A DNA stretch of 64,000 nt from Candidatus Multivorans sp. (GTDB taxonomy: Bacteria; Acidobacteriota; Thermoanaerobaculia; Multivoradales; Multivoraceae). Shown here one piece after another: positions 15,714 through 25,740 of the stretch (its first letter is position 1; each line of letters starts with the position of its first letter). The position numbers were made by a program, and so were the translations under genes. A model generated the notes under the pieces. That model saw only the letters and a list, made by a program, of their open reading frames with translations, made no database searches and had not been told where the DNA came from. The stretch spans positions 4,983,676 to 5,047,675 of the forward strand of contig OZ245033.1 in NCBI GenBank assembly GCA_965224025.1. Reading direction: 5' to 3'.

Positions 15714-18230
15714 ATGCCCGCTGAGTACCGCCTCGCGCTGCGCCTGACGGCCGACGCCAAGGGGTTCGTCGGCGCGGTGACCGCGGCGGACAAGCGAGTC
15801 GGCCGGCTCGCCGGGACGGTACGGCGGTCCAGCAGCGAGACAAAACAGGCGGCCGGCGCCCTGAAGCTGTACGGCGCCCAGGGCCAGGTGGTGTCGACGG
15901 TGTCGACGCGTCAGGCGGCCGCGGTCGACAGAGCGGCCCGGGCCGCCGACAGGGCAGGCAGGGCCTCCGCGGGAGCGGCGCGGCGCACCCGGGGCCTTGC
16001 TTCGGCGTTTCTCGCCGCGCATGGGCGGGCGATCGCCTACGGCCTGGGTCTGGGCGGCGGCCTGCTCGTGTCCCTTCGGCAGCTGGGGGGCGCGGCGCTG
16101 GACGCGGCGGAAGCGAACCGGGAGCTCGACAACCGCCTGCGCCTGGTGACGGAGTCGGAGGCTGAACTCGCGGCGGTGCGGTCCCAGCTCCTGGACGTCT
16201 CGGTGCGCACGCGGACGGCGATCGACGGCACGGTGGTGACATACAGCCGGCTGGCGCTTGCGCTCGAACATCTCGACCGCCCCGCGTCACAGAGCGTCCG
16301 CGTGGTCGAGCTGCTGAACAAGCAGCTCGCGATCGGCGGCAGCGTGGGCAGCGAGGCGCAGGCCGGCCTGATTCAGTTTGCCCAGGGCCTGGCCTCGGGC
16401 AGGCTGCAGGGCGACGAGCTGAGGTCGGTGATGGAAAATCTTCTGGGCGTGCAGCAGGGGCTGATCATCGGCTTCCGGAAGCTCAGGGAATCGGGCCAGA
16501 TCGACATCGACGTGACGAGGGCCAATTTGCGTGAGTTGGCGTCCGAGGGCGAGATCACCGCCGAGCGGCTGATTGACGCGGTCCTGGCGTCGGGTGAGTG
16601 GACGGACAGGACGTACGAGAGCGTCGAAGCGGGCATCAGGTCGAGCTTCAGGGCCCTGCGCAACGAGATCCGGGAGAGCTTCCGCGAGGGGCTGGAGGAG
16701 ACGTCGGGGTTCGTGGCCGCGACGGTGCAGCGGATGACGGAGGGTATGTCGCGGGCCAGGCGGATTCGGAGCCAGACGGTCAGGGTGTACGAGCTGGACT
16801 CGGATCCGCTGACGGCCCGTGACCTGATCGGCATGGACGAGCAGGAGATGCGCGACCTGGTTGGCGGCTTTGTGCGCGAGCTGGAGGCCGTGGCCGAGGG
16901 GGCCGGCGTGACCGCCGACTCCATCATCGGCCGCCGGCTGGCCGCGCTGCTGCAGCCGCGGATCGACATTCTGCGGGAGGAACTGCAGCGCGCCGGCGAG
17001 ATCGATCCGTCCGGCGCCGCGGCGCCGCCGGATCCGTCCGCGGAGCCGGATCCGGAACGCCTGCGCGAGATGTTGCGTCTCGAGCGCGAGTTCGCGACTG
17101 CGCGCGAACGGATTCAGCTCGACTACCAGGACCGCGTGAGAAAGATCGAAGCGGTGGCGGATGGCGAGCAGCGCGAGCGATTGCTCCGGCGCGCGGAGAC
17201 GATCCGGAGCGAGGGCATCGCCAGGCTGGGGAAAATCGCTGACCGCGAACGCGAGGCCCAGGAGCGCGCCGCGGCCGCGGACCGCGAACGCGCCGACTCG
17301 GCGCAGGCGTCGGCCGCCGCGCTCGTGCTGTTGCGCGAGGAGAACGAGCGGCTGCGGCAGGGAGGACTGGAAGCCCTGAAGGTGATCGAGGAGGAGCGCG
17401 AGGCCCGCGAACTGCTGGCGCAGGTCCGCCGGGCGCACGCGGACGCCACGCCGCAGGTGCTCGCCGGCCTGGAGGCCGAGGCGCTGGCGGAGCGGAAGCT
17501 GACGAAAGAGTTGGAGGCCCAGGCGGAGTCGCGAAACGCCAGGATGCAGGCGTTCGTGGGCTGGATGTCCGCCGGGTCGGCCGCGTCCGGTGAGGCCGCG
17601 GGCGAGCAGGCCGACCTGGCGGGATCGCTCGGCGTGGCGGACGAGGCCCTGCGCCGAATCACGGGCGGCCTCGGGCAGTTCGCGAACGCGAACGCCAAGG
17701 CTTTCCGGCTGCACCAGGCCGCGGCGTTGGCGAGCGCGGCGGTTTCAACGGCCAAGGGCGCGACGGACGTCCTGGCAGACACGACGATCCAGCCGACGTG
17801 GCTGCGGCCGGTGATGATGGGCCTGATCCTGGCCGCCGGCGCGGCGCAGATCGCGGCGATCCGTTCACAGAGGCCCCCCCAGGCGTTCGCCTACGGCGGC
17901 GTGATCGACCGCCGCGCGGAGTTCTCGTTCGGCGGCGGCCGCCGCGGCCTGGCGGGCGAGGCGGGCCCCGAGGCGATCCTTCCCCTGCGCCGGCTGCCGA
18001 GCGGCCGCCTGGGCGTCGGCGCCGCCGCCGGCGGCCGCGCGCCCGTCTTCGCGCCGCGCGTCGAGGTGGTCGTCCAGGCGCCGATGGGCGGCCGCCCGGA
18101 CGACGCCGCCCTGTGGGGCCGCGAGGCGGGCCGCGGCGTGGCGACGGGCCTGCGCCCGCTGTTCCTCGAGTTCGTGCGCGAGGAGCGCCGCCCGCTGGGC
18201 GCGCTCGACCCGGACGGAGACTCCGTCTGA
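15714..18230 (+). CDS. Tail tape measure protein
   Basis: GLASGRLQGDELRSVMEN N-terminal domain; C-terminal FAYGG...GEAGPEAILPL; Ala-rich helical. Confidence 0.92.
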   Translation: MPAEYRLALRLTADAKGFVGAVTAADKRVGRLAGTVRRSSSETKQAAGALKLYGAQGQVVSTVSTRQAAAVDRAARAADRAGRASAGAARRTRGLASAFLAAHGRAIAYGLGLGGGLLVSLRQLGGAALDAAEANRELDNRLRLVTESEAELAAVRSQLLDVSVRTRTAIDGTVVTYSRLALALEHLDRPASQSVRVVELLNKQLAIGGSVGSEAQAGLIQFAQGLASGRLQGDELRSVMENLLGVQQGLIIGFRKLRESGQIDIDVTRANLRELASEGEITAERLIDAVLASGEWTDRTYESVEAGIRSSFRALRNEIRESFREGLEETSGFVAATVQRMTEGMSRARRIRSQTVRVYELDSDPLTARDLIGMDEQEMRDLVGGFVRELEAVAEGAGVTADSIIGRRLAALLQPRIDILREELQRAGEIDPSGAAAPPDPSAEPDPERLREMLRLEREFATARERIQLDYQDRVRKIEAVADGEQRERLLRRAETIRSEGIARLGKIADREREAQERAAAADRERADSAQASAAALVLLREENERLRQGGLEALKVIEEEREARELLAQVRRAHADATPQVLAGLEAEALAERKLTKELEAQAESRNARMQAFVGWMSAGSAASGEAAGEQADLAGSLGVADEALRRITGGLGQFANANAKAFRLHQAAALASAAVSTAKGATDVLADTTIQPTWLRPVMMGLILAAGAAQIAAIRSQRPPQAFAYGGVIDRRAEFSFGGGRRGLAGEAGPEAILPLRRLPSGRLGVGAAAGGRAPVFAPRVEVVVQAPMGGRPDDAALWGREAGRGVATGLRPLFLEFVREERRPLGALDPDGDSV

Positions 18231-18574
18231 TGGCCACGCCGTCGCTGCCCACCGCGCCGCTGTCCGTCGGCTCGTCGGTCCAGGTCGAGCCGCTCGTGGA
18301 CCGCCTGCGCCTGGGCGACGGCCACGTCCAGGACGCCGCCCAGGGCGTGAACGCCCTGGCGCGCTCGTGGCGGGCGGTGTGGAAGGCGCTCGACCAGGCG
18401 GCGCACGACACCCTGGTGGACTTCTTCGCCGCCCGCGCCGGCCACGAGCGGTTCCTGTGGCAGTCGCCGCTGGACAGCGCGCAGCGCAAGTGGGTCTGCG
18501 TCTCGTGGTCGACGGAGATCGTCAGCAGCGGCGTGTACAACGTCCAGGCGACGCTGGAGCGGCGATATGCCTGA
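18230..18574 (+). CDS. Minor tail protein, lambda gpM-like
   Basis: LGDGHVQ...GVN, FLWQSP, WVCVSW; position after tape measure. Confidence 0.85.
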   Translation: MATPSLPTAPLSVGSSVQVEPLVDRLRLGDGHVQDAAQGVNALARSWRAVWKALDQAAHDTLVDFFAARAGHERFLWQSPLDSAQRKWVCVSWSTEIVSSGVYNVQATLERRYA

Positions 18575-19277
18575 TCTCGCCACCCGCCTCGACCTCGACG
18601 CCGGCGCGGTGGTCGACCTGTTCGAGATCCAGACCGACGCGAACGCGATCCTGTTCCGGTTCTCGCCCGGTCCGCGGGCCGACGGCACGGCGATCCTCTT
18701 CGGCGGCGAGCGCTACGACCCCGTGCCGATCGCCGTGTCCGGGCTCGGCTTCGGCGGCGGCGCGCGCTCGAGCGGCGGCTCTCCCCGGCTCACCCTGGGC
18801 CGGCTCGACCCGGTGATCACCGGCGATCCGCGCGGCGACGACTGGCTGGGCTACCGCCTGCGCTGGCGACAGACACTGGCCCGGCATCTCGACGGAGCGG
18901 CCGACGCGGACAGCGCGGCGTACCACGAGGAGATGCTGTGGATTGGCCGGGAGCGCTCCCGGACCCGCGCCGAGGTCGAGTTCGAACTCACCACGCCGCT
19001 CGAGCTGGTCCACCTGCACCTGCCCCGGCGGCAGGTGCTCCGCGAGTACTGCCCCTGGCGGTACCGCCTCTGGACCGGCGCGTCGTGGGACTACGCGAAG
19101 GCGCAGTGCCCGTACCGGGGCGCGGCGCGGTTCGACGTCTCGGACAATCCGACGTCGGACAGCAGCCAGGACAACTGCAGCGGCACGCCTGCCGGCTGCC
19201 GGCTGCGTTTCCCGGATCCGGCGGCGCTGCCCTTCGGTGGTTTCCTGGGCGTCGGCGGCGCCGCGAGGCCGCGGTGA
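18567..19277 (+). CDS. Minor tail protein, lambda gpL-like
   Basis: LPRRQ, four Cys (CPWRY, CPY, CSG, CRLRF), LPFGGF. Confidence 0.9.
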   Translation: MPDLATRLDLDAGAVVDLFEIQTDANAILFRFSPGPRADGTAILFGGERYDPVPIAVSGLGFGGGARSSGGSPRLTLGRLDPVITGDPRGDDWLGYRLRWRQTLARHLDGAADADSAAYHEEMLWIGRERSRTRAEVEFELTTPLELVHLHLPRRQVLREYCPWRYRLWTGASWDYAKAQCPYRGAARFDVSDNPTSDSSQDNCSGTPAGCRLRFPDPAALPFGGFLGVGGAARPR

Positions 19278-20104
19278 GCCACCTGGTGCCGGCGGCCGCC
19301 GACAGCGAGGCGCGGCGGTACTTCGAGGCGGCCTGGCCCGACGAAGCTGCGGGCTACGTGGCAGCCGGCGGCGGCTTCCGGCCGCTCTCCGCGTTGACCT
19401 CCGGAGGCGGCCACGTGGAGCACGTCTGGCCGCCCCGGGACGAAGCGGCGGTCGTCCTGCATTCGCATCCCGGAGGCGAGCGGTTCCCGTCCAAGGCCGA
19501 CATGACGGCGCAGGTGGCGATGGGCCTGCCGTGCGGCGTCGTGCCGGTGGTCGGCCCGGAGCTCGCCGAGGAAGCCCTGGGCGGCGCCGATCCCGGCAGC
19601 CGGCCGCCGATCGATCTCGCGGCCGCGTACGCGGCGCGCCGCGCCGGCTCTCCGCGCGCCGGTGGCCCGTCGCTGTTCGCCCAGGGGCCGGCGGCGGCGA
19701 AGCTGCCGGCCGCGAGTCCGCCCTGGCAGGGCCGCCCGTGGCTGCACGGAGTCTCCGACTGCTGGACGCTGGCCGGCCACTGGCTGCGCGCGCAAGGCTT
19801 CGACGTGCCGCCCATGGCCTACGGCTGGGGCTGGCAGCGGCGCGGGAAGGACCTGTTCCTGGCCGGCCTGGCGGAGGCCGGCTGGGGGGTGCTGGCGCGC
19901 GGCACGGAGCGACCCGGGGATCTGCTGCTCATGCGGCTGCGCGCGCCCGTCGTGGAGCACTGCGCGGTGCTGCTGGAGGGCGGCCGCATCCTGCACCACC
20001 CGGGCTCCCCGGCGCCGGACGCCCCGTGCGCGCTGTCCCGGCGTGAGCCGCTGGGGCGGTGGGGCCGCCACGTGGCACTGGCGGTGAGGCCGCGGCCGGC
20101 ATGA
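19274..20104 (+). CDS. Tail assembly protein, lambda gpK-like (JAB/MPN + NlpC/P60)
   Basis: HSHP...PSKAD, GVSDCW, HCAV...ILHH. Confidence 0.88.
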   Translation: MSHLVPAAADSEARRYFEAAWPDEAAGYVAAGGGFRPLSALTSGGGHVEHVWPPRDEAAVVLHSHPGGERFPSKADMTAQVAMGLPCGVVPVVGPELAEEALGGADPGSRPPIDLAAAYAARRAGSPRAGGPSLFAQGPAAAKLPAASPPWQGRPWLHGVSDCWTLAGHWLRAQGFDVPPMAYGWGWQRRGKDLFLAGLAEAGWGVLARGTERPGDLLLMRLRAPVVEHCAVLLEGGRILHHPGSPAPDAPCALSRREPLGRWGRHVALAVRPRPA

Positions 20105-23100
20105 TCGTCCGTGTCCAGGGCGCGCCCGAACTCCGGGAGCTGCTGGGCGCAGACGAGGTCGACGTCGGGGAGGCGCCGTCCGCCGGCGCCGGTCTGCGGG
20201 CGCTGTTCGAGGTGCCCGGCGCCGAGGACCTGGTGCGCGCCGGGGCCTGGTCGGTCCGCGTCGACGGCCTGGAGGTCCAGGAGGCCGCCCTCGGCGCTGC
20301 CCTGGCCCGCCCGGCGCGGTCGCTCGAGCTGCGCGCGGCGCCGACCGCGAGGTTCGAGGGTCCGGCGGCGGTGGCGCCGTGGGTGTACTGGACGATCGTC
20401 GGCGCGACCCTGGCCGCGACCGCCTACTCCATCGCCACGCTGCCCTCGGTCCGCGACTACGCGGACCGGGAGGAGCCCGGCAACCGGCAGCGGCACCTGT
20501 TCAGTGGGCCGGTGAACTCGGTCGAACAGGGCGGCCCCGTGCCGCTCGTCTTCGGCACGCGGGTCCGGGTGGGGTCGGTGGTCGTCTCGGCCTCGACGTC
20601 GTCCGACCTGGACGAGACGGGCGGCGGCGGCGACGGCGGCATCATTCAGCTTCCGCAGCCGAGTCGGCAGATCGGGGGTGGCGCCGGCCGGCCGGAGACG
20701 CACTCCGTGTTCGGCGCCGTGCTCTCGACCGTGCGCACCGAGGAGCCACCCGACCCCGGCCCCCAGGGTCCGGACTTGCCGGATCCGGACGACGACGACA
20801 CCGGTACGGATCCCCCGGGCCCCGGCGACCGGCAGCCGGGCGACCCGCCGACTCCGGACCGCTACGCGCCGGCGAAGCTGGACGGCGTGAGCCGGGTCCG
20901 GATCGTGGAGATGCTGGGCGAGGGGAAGATCGAGGGCTTGCGCGACCCGGGCGTGGTGCTGACCAGGTCGCTGATCCTGAGCGGCGCCGCGGCCGCCGGC
21001 GAGGCGGTGCTGAAGGTGTTCGGATCGCCTGATGACGATCTGTACGACCTGGATGTCTCCGCGGACGACGACGGAGACGTCCTGGAGACAGCGGCGTGCG
21101 CCGGCTGCAAGGTCCGCATCGACCGAGGGGCCGCGTGGCTTGCCGGCGCGGTCCAATCGGTCACTGCGGCGGGGAAGATCCGGTTCCTCAGGGAGGGCGG
21201 CGCCGGCGCGCTCACCGCGGGCGCCGGAGCGGCGATCTCGTTCCCGGATGAGGAGAATCGCCTGGCCAGCGTGTTCCTGGACGGCACGCCCCTGAGGACG
21301 GCGGCGGGCCAATACAATTTCAGCGGCGTGGTCGACCTGGAGTTGCTGCGCGGCGGCGCTGGCCAGACGGGCCTGGACACGATCGACGCAGTCGAGACGC
21401 AGCAGCAGGTCGACGTCGCGCTGGGAACGGCCGCGACGTCGCGGAACAGGGCCGGCCAGGCAGACGCGGTCCGGGTGACGCTCCGCGCCGCCGCGCTGTG
21501 GCGCGAGCTCGACGGGGACATCGCGCCGGCGCGGGTCCTGGTCGAGATCACGATCGGTTCGAAGACCTGGGGCTACCGACTGCAGGAGAAGCGCACGTCG
21601 CCCGGCGAGGTGAGCGTGGTGCTGCCGCTGGGGTCGGAGACCAGCGTCAAGGTGCGGCGGACCACCGTTCCGGCGGCGGACCCGGACACGGTGCGCGACG
21701 AGGTGCGCTGGGCGTCGGTCACCTGGATCAGGCATGTGCGCCAGACCTACCAGTCGTCGGCCCTCGTGGGCCTGACGCTGGACGCGGACCGGATGGGCGG
21801 CCGGTTGCCGGCGCGGAGCTATGAGATCGCCGGCCTGGAAGTGGGAATTCCGTCCGGCTGGAATCGGCGCACCCGAGCCTATCCGCCGGTCTGGAGCCGG
21901 ACCATGGCGGCGGACCCGGCCGCGGTCGACAATCCGGCCTGGATCCTTTTCGGGCTGCTGCGCAACGTCGATTGGGGCATCGGCGCCGAGCCGGGCATGC
22001 GCGCGGCGGCGTGGGCGGCGCGGGACGCGTTCTACGAGTTCGGCCGGTGGTGCGACCAGAGCGTGGCGCTCGGCGCCGAGTCGGCGATGGAGCCGCGCTG
22101 GCGCTTCAACGCGGCGTTCAGCCGCCGGATGAAGGCCAGGCGGTTGCTGAAGCTGATCGAGAGCGCCTGCCGGTGCGGGATCGAGTTCCAGGGCGGCCAG
22201 CTGAGCCTGTACTGGGACGCCGACGCGGACCCGGCGGCCATGCTCGGCGACGCGAACGTGCAGGACGGCGAGTTCGAGTACGGGTCGCGGGCGCCGGAGT
22301 GGCACGAGCGGGCGTCGGTGGTCGCGGTCACGTTCAACGATCCGGACGACGGGTTCCGGGCCTCGGTGGAGCTGGTGATCTCCCGGAACCTGATCGAGAA
22401 GTACGGCTGGCGCCAGCGCGACGTGACGGCGATGGGCTGCACCTCCCGCGGCCAGGCGCACCGGATAGGCCGGCTGCTGCTCTACGAGCAGGAGCACGAG
22501 GCGGAGACGTTCTCCTGCACCGCCACGTGGGACAACGCCCTTGTGCGCCCCGGCCAGGTCGTCCAGGTCGCGGACTCCGACGTCACGACGTCGCGGACGA
22601 CGCGGCGCGTGGTGGAGGCTGCAGCCGTCGACGGCCGGCTCGTGCTCGATCAGGCCGTGAGCGCCGCCGACGCGGCGCTTATCCGGTCCCTGTGGGTGCG
22701 TCGCCTCGAGGGCGAGGCGTCCGGGGATGCCAGGGGCCGCAAGGCCGGCCTCGCGCAGTACCGCACGGCTGACGGCTACCGGTTTGGCGCCGGGGGGGCG
22801 ACGTGGGGGCTGAGCGTCTCGCGGGCGGGCGGCACGGCTGTGCCGCTGCGCAAGGTGCAGGGCGTCGTCCAGATCGAGCTGGCGACGGCCGGCCGCAAGC
22901 CCCTGCTGTACCGCGTGACGGAGGTGCGGCGCGTCGACACGATCCGCTACCGGATCTCGGGCCACCGCCACCAGCCCGGCAAGTACGGCGTGGTGGAGAG
23001 CCGGCGCGCCCTGGGGTCTCCGGAGAAACGAATTTCCACGGGGCTCAAGCCGCTGAAGGCAGTCACCCTGCGCGAGGAGGACTACGAGGACGGCGCGCTC

Positions 23101-25740
23101 GGGACGCTGGCCAAGGTGGTCGTCGGGGTCGAGTCGGCGGAGGCCGATCCGCGGCAGAGGGCGCTCGACATCCAGATCCGGTACGCGCCGACCTCGGCGG
23201 CGGCTGTCGCGGACACTCCGTGGAGACGCCTGCGGACCCGCGAGGTCGCGCCTTCGAGGGTGGGCTGGTATCAGGCCCGCGGGCGGTGGGTCGGCGGCGG
23301 CACGCGCTCCGGGTGGCGCGAGTCGGCCGTTCTGCATGCCGACGGCCCTGGCGACGTGCTGGGCGGCGACCCCACGGTGCCGCAGTGGGCGATGGTGATC
23401 GACCGCACCGTCAGGGCGCCGACCGCGGCGGCCGTGGACCTGGCGACGGAGTGGCACCTGTCCGGCGCCGCGGGCGGCTGGGGCGGCTCGCGCACGGTGA
23501 TCATCGGCGGGGTGTCGTCGACTGAGGAGGCGCGACTGAAACGGCTCGCTCCGGGCAGCCTGCTGGCGCTGTTCGACGACCTGGACAACTGGCTCCAGGC
23601 GGCGGCGCCGGCGGCGCCTGCGTTCAGCGGCGCAGGCGCGGCCCGGAACGCGGCGATCGCGCTCGAGCACGTGCGGAGCAAGGGCGCCCAGCCGTCGGCC
23701 GGGCCGCTGTCGGTGCGTTTCTTTCCGTCAGGCCTCGACGGCCCGGACCTGGCGACCATCGCGTCGTTTACGCTGAGCCCCGCGGACCCGGGGATGGTCC
23801 TGGGGTGGGCCGCCGTTGCGACGAAGCCGGACTTGTGGAAGATCCAGCTGGGGCTGCCCGCGCCCGGCGGCGGCGTCAACTACGCAGGGCAGCCATCCTA
23901 CGTGGACGGTGCCAAAACCCGGCTGGCCAGCGGGGATCCGGTGGTCTCGGGAGCCGCGCCGCCGACATCGGCGTTTCTGGCCGCGATCTATTCCGGCTCG
24001 CAGCTCGACAAGAGGCTCTACGCCCGGATCCAGGGCGTGAGGAGGGATGGGGCGGCCGTCGTCGGCTACGGCGCGGACGTGGCCTCCGCGGTGATCGAGA
24101 TCAGCACGCTGTCCGCCCCCTCGCTCGTCGCGACGCCGGGGAACGCCCTGATCGTCCTGACCTGGAGCCCGGTGCCGGGCGCGACCGGCTACGAAATTTT
24201 CCGCAACACCACCGGAACGCAGCCAGACCCGAGCACGAGTCCGACCTGGTCGACAGGAGATGTGGCACGGTGGGTCAACACGGGCCTGGCGAACGGAACA
24301 AGGTACTACTACTGGATCCGCGCAACGACGTCCGCCGCCGCGAGCTCGCTGTCCCCGCGCGCGTCTGCAGTTCCGACCGCCGGCACGGCGGTGATCGCGC
24401 CGCACTTCCCCTCGTCCTCGGTGGCTGTGGCGATCACCCGGGGCGCCGTGGGGAGTCAGGTCCTGCCGGCGGCTTCCGGATCGGCGCCGGCGTACGCCCT
24501 GCCGGGGTTGCCGTCCTGGCTCTCGTTCAGCGCCAGCACCAGGCGGCTGTCGTGGACCGCGTCGGCGGTCGTCGGCACGCGGACGCTGACGCTCACGGCG
24601 ACGAACGCGGCCGGGGCGGACACGCTGGCCGTCAACGTGACGGTCGGGCTGTCCGCCCCCTCGCTCGACGCGACGCCGGGGAACGCCCTGATCGTCCTGA
24701 CCTGGAGCCCGGTGCCGGGCGCGACCGGCTACCAAATTTTCCGCAACACCACCGGAACGCAGCCAGACCCGAGCACGAGTCGGAGCTGGCGGGCAGGAGC
24801 TACGGTGCAGTGGGTCAACACGGGCCTGGCGAACGGAACAAGGTACTACTACTGGGTCCGCGCAACGGCGGGCGGCTCCGCGAGCTCGCTGTCCCCGCGC
24901 GCGTCTGCAGTTCCGACCGCCGGCACGGCGGTGATCGCGCCGCACTTCCCCTCGTCCTCGGTGGCTGTGGCGATCACCCGGGGCGCCGCGGGGAGTCAGG
25001 TCCTGCCGGCGGCTTCCGGATCGGCGCCGGCGTACGCCCTGCCGGGGTTGCCGTCCTGGCTCTCGTTCAGCGCCAGCAGGCGGCTGTCGTGGACCGCGTC
25101 GGCGGTCGTCGGCACGTGGCCGCTGACGCTCACGGCGACGAACGCGGCCGGGGCGGACACGCTGGCCGTCAACGTGACGGTCGCCGGCGTCGGCGCATGG
25201 ACGGCGTGGCAATCGGCCGCAAATCTTGCCTGGAGCGCGGACCTGGACGACGCCGACGTTTCGTCGCAGGCCGCCGAGACCGACAACCGCATGTGGAGGT
25301 GGGACACATCGGGGGGGGGGCTGGCTGACTGGTCGGGGGGCGGGCTGTGGGCCGGTGCGTCCACGTTCGGGGTGATGGCCACGATGAACGCCGTGATCGA
25401 CGGGGCTGTGGTCCTGGTGCAGGTGTTTCAGTGCTACGGCACCCCGGCCAACAACGTGCGCCGTACCGACACCGACGTGTATCTGAACAGCGAGTTCACG
25501 CCGCTTTTGTTCGCCGGCGATCTCGACACGCGAAGGTCGGAGAGCTTCGATTTCACGCAGGCAGTGCTTATCTACTCCGCCTCGAACAGGCCTTCCGGGC
25601 TGAGCTCGACAGATCGCGCTATCGGGTTTCTGCGCTGGCGCCGGGACCTCGGCGGCAATGGCGCCGGGACCCAGGAGCTTGCGGTCGTCCCCGGCGGCTT
25701 CGGGTCGTACCGGTTCTACAGTCGGAGGTGGGAGCTGTGA
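20101..25740 (+). CDS. Fused gpI-like + gpJ-like central tail fibre with FN3 and Ig-like repeats
   Basis: N-terminal FSGPVNSVEQGGPVPLVFG (gpI-like); GEGKIEG, DNPAW and GCTSRGQAHRIG (gpJ-like); LTWSPVPGATGY...GLANGTRYYYW (FN3); LPSWLSFS (He_PIG-like). Confidence 0.88.
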   Translation: MIVRVQGAPELRELLGADEVDVGEAPSAGAGLRALFEVPGAEDLVRAGAWSVRVDGLEVQEAALGAALARPARSLELRAAPTARFEGPAAVAPWVYWTIVGATLAATAYSIATLPSVRDYADREEPGNRQRHLFSGPVNSVEQGGPVPLVFGTRVRVGSVVVSASTSSDLDETGGGGDGGIIQLPQPSRQIGGGAGRPETHSVFGAVLSTVRTEEPPDPGPQGPDLPDPDDDDTGTDPPGPGDRQPGDPPTPDRYAPAKLDGVSRVRIVEMLGEGKIEGLRDPGVVLTRSLILSGAAAAGEAVLKVFGSPDDDLYDLDVSADDDGDVLETAACAGCKVRIDRGAAWLAGAVQSVTAAGKIRFLREGGAGALTAGAGAAISFPDEENRLASVFLDGTPLRTAAGQYNFSGVVDLELLRGGAGQTGLDTIDAVETQQQVDVALGTAATSRNRAGQADAVRVTLRAAALWRELDGDIAPARVLVEITIGSKTWGYRLQEKRTSPGEVSVVLPLGSETSVKVRRTTVPAADPDTVRDEVRWASVTWIRHVRQTYQSSALVGLTLDADRMGGRLPARSYEIAGLEVGIPSGWNRRTRAYPPVWSRTMAADPAAVDNPAWILFGLLRNVDWGIGAEPGMRAAAWAARDAFYEFGRWCDQSVALGAESAMEPRWRFNAAFSRRMKARRLLKLIESACRCGIEFQGGQLSLYWDADADPAAMLGDANVQDGEFEYGSRAPEWHERASVVAVTFNDPDDGFRASVELVISRNLIEKYGWRQRDVTAMGCTSRGQAHRIGRLLLYEQEHEAETFSCTATWDNALVRPGQVVQVADSDVTTSRTTRRVVEAAAVDGRLVLDQAVSAADAALIRSLWVRRLEGEASGDARGRKAGLAQYRTADGYRFGAGGATWGLSVSRAGGTAVPLRKVQGVVQIELATAGRKPLLYRVTEVRRVDTIRYRISGHRHQPGKYGVVESRRALGSPEKRISTGLKPLKAVTLREEDYEDGALGTLAKVVVGVESAEADPRQRALDIQIRYAPTSAAAVADTPWRRLRTREVAPSRVGWYQARGRWVGGGTRSGWRESAVLHADGPGDVLGGDPTVPQWAMVIDRTVRAPTAAAVDLATEWHLSGAAGGWGGSRTVIIGGVSSTEEARLKRLAPGSLLALFDDLDNWLQAAAPAAPAFSGAGAARNAAIALEHVRSKGAQPSAGPLSVRFFPSGLDGPDLATIASFTLSPADPGMVLGWAAVATKPDLWKIQLGLPAPGGGVNYAGQPSYVDGAKTRLASGDPVVSGAAPPTSAFLAAIYSGSQLDKRLYARIQGVRRDGAAVVGYGADVASAVIEISTLSAPSLVATPGNALIVLTWSPVPGATGYEIFRNTTGTQPDPSTSPTWSTGDVARWVNTGLANGTRYYYWIRATTSAAASSLSPRASAVPTAGTAVIAPHFPSSSVAVAITRGAVGSQVLPAASGSAPAYALPGLPSWLSFSASTRRLSWTASAVVGTRTLTLTATNAAGADTLAVNVTVGLSAPSLDATPGNALIVLTWSPVPGATGYQIFRNTTGTQPDPSTSRSWRAGATVQWVNTGLANGTRYYYWVRATAGGSASSLSPRASAVPTAGTAVIAPHFPSSSVAVAITRGAAGSQVLPAASGSAPAYALPGLPSWLSFSASRRLSWTASAVVGTWPLTLTATNAAGADTLAVNVTVAGVGAWTAWQSAANLAWSADLDDADVSSQAAETDNRMWRWDTSGGGLADWSGGGLWAGASTFGVMATMNAVIDGAVVLVQVFQCYGTPANNVRRTDTDVYLNSEFTPLLFAGDLDTRRSESFDFTQAVLIYSASNRPSGLSSTDRAIGFLRWRRDLGGNGAGTQELAVVPGGFGSYRFYSRRWEL
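24109..25183 (+). repeat. 540-bp tandem duplication (FN3 + Ig-like unit) inside the tail fibre gene
   Basis: CTGTCCGCCCCCTCGCTCG starts at both 24109 and 24649; units are near-identical, with a 3-bp deletion in unit 2. Confidence 0.93.

Noticed and set aside
19819-23670. Very long antisense or alternative-frame ORFs (also 28260-31226, 44632-47040, 49298-51895, 4107-5864)
   Set aside because: Arg/Gly/Pro-rich shadows of well-supported genes, expected at this GC content
24109-25183. Diversity-generating retroelement TR/VR pair or shufflon
   Set aside because: Both units are in-frame domains, differences are not adenine-specific, and no reverse transcriptase or invertase is in the window
13348-25740. 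Contractile injection system, R-type tailocin or gene transfer agent
   Set aside because: No sheath, baseplate, capsid or terminase genes; the M-L-K-I-J order indicates a non-contractile tail
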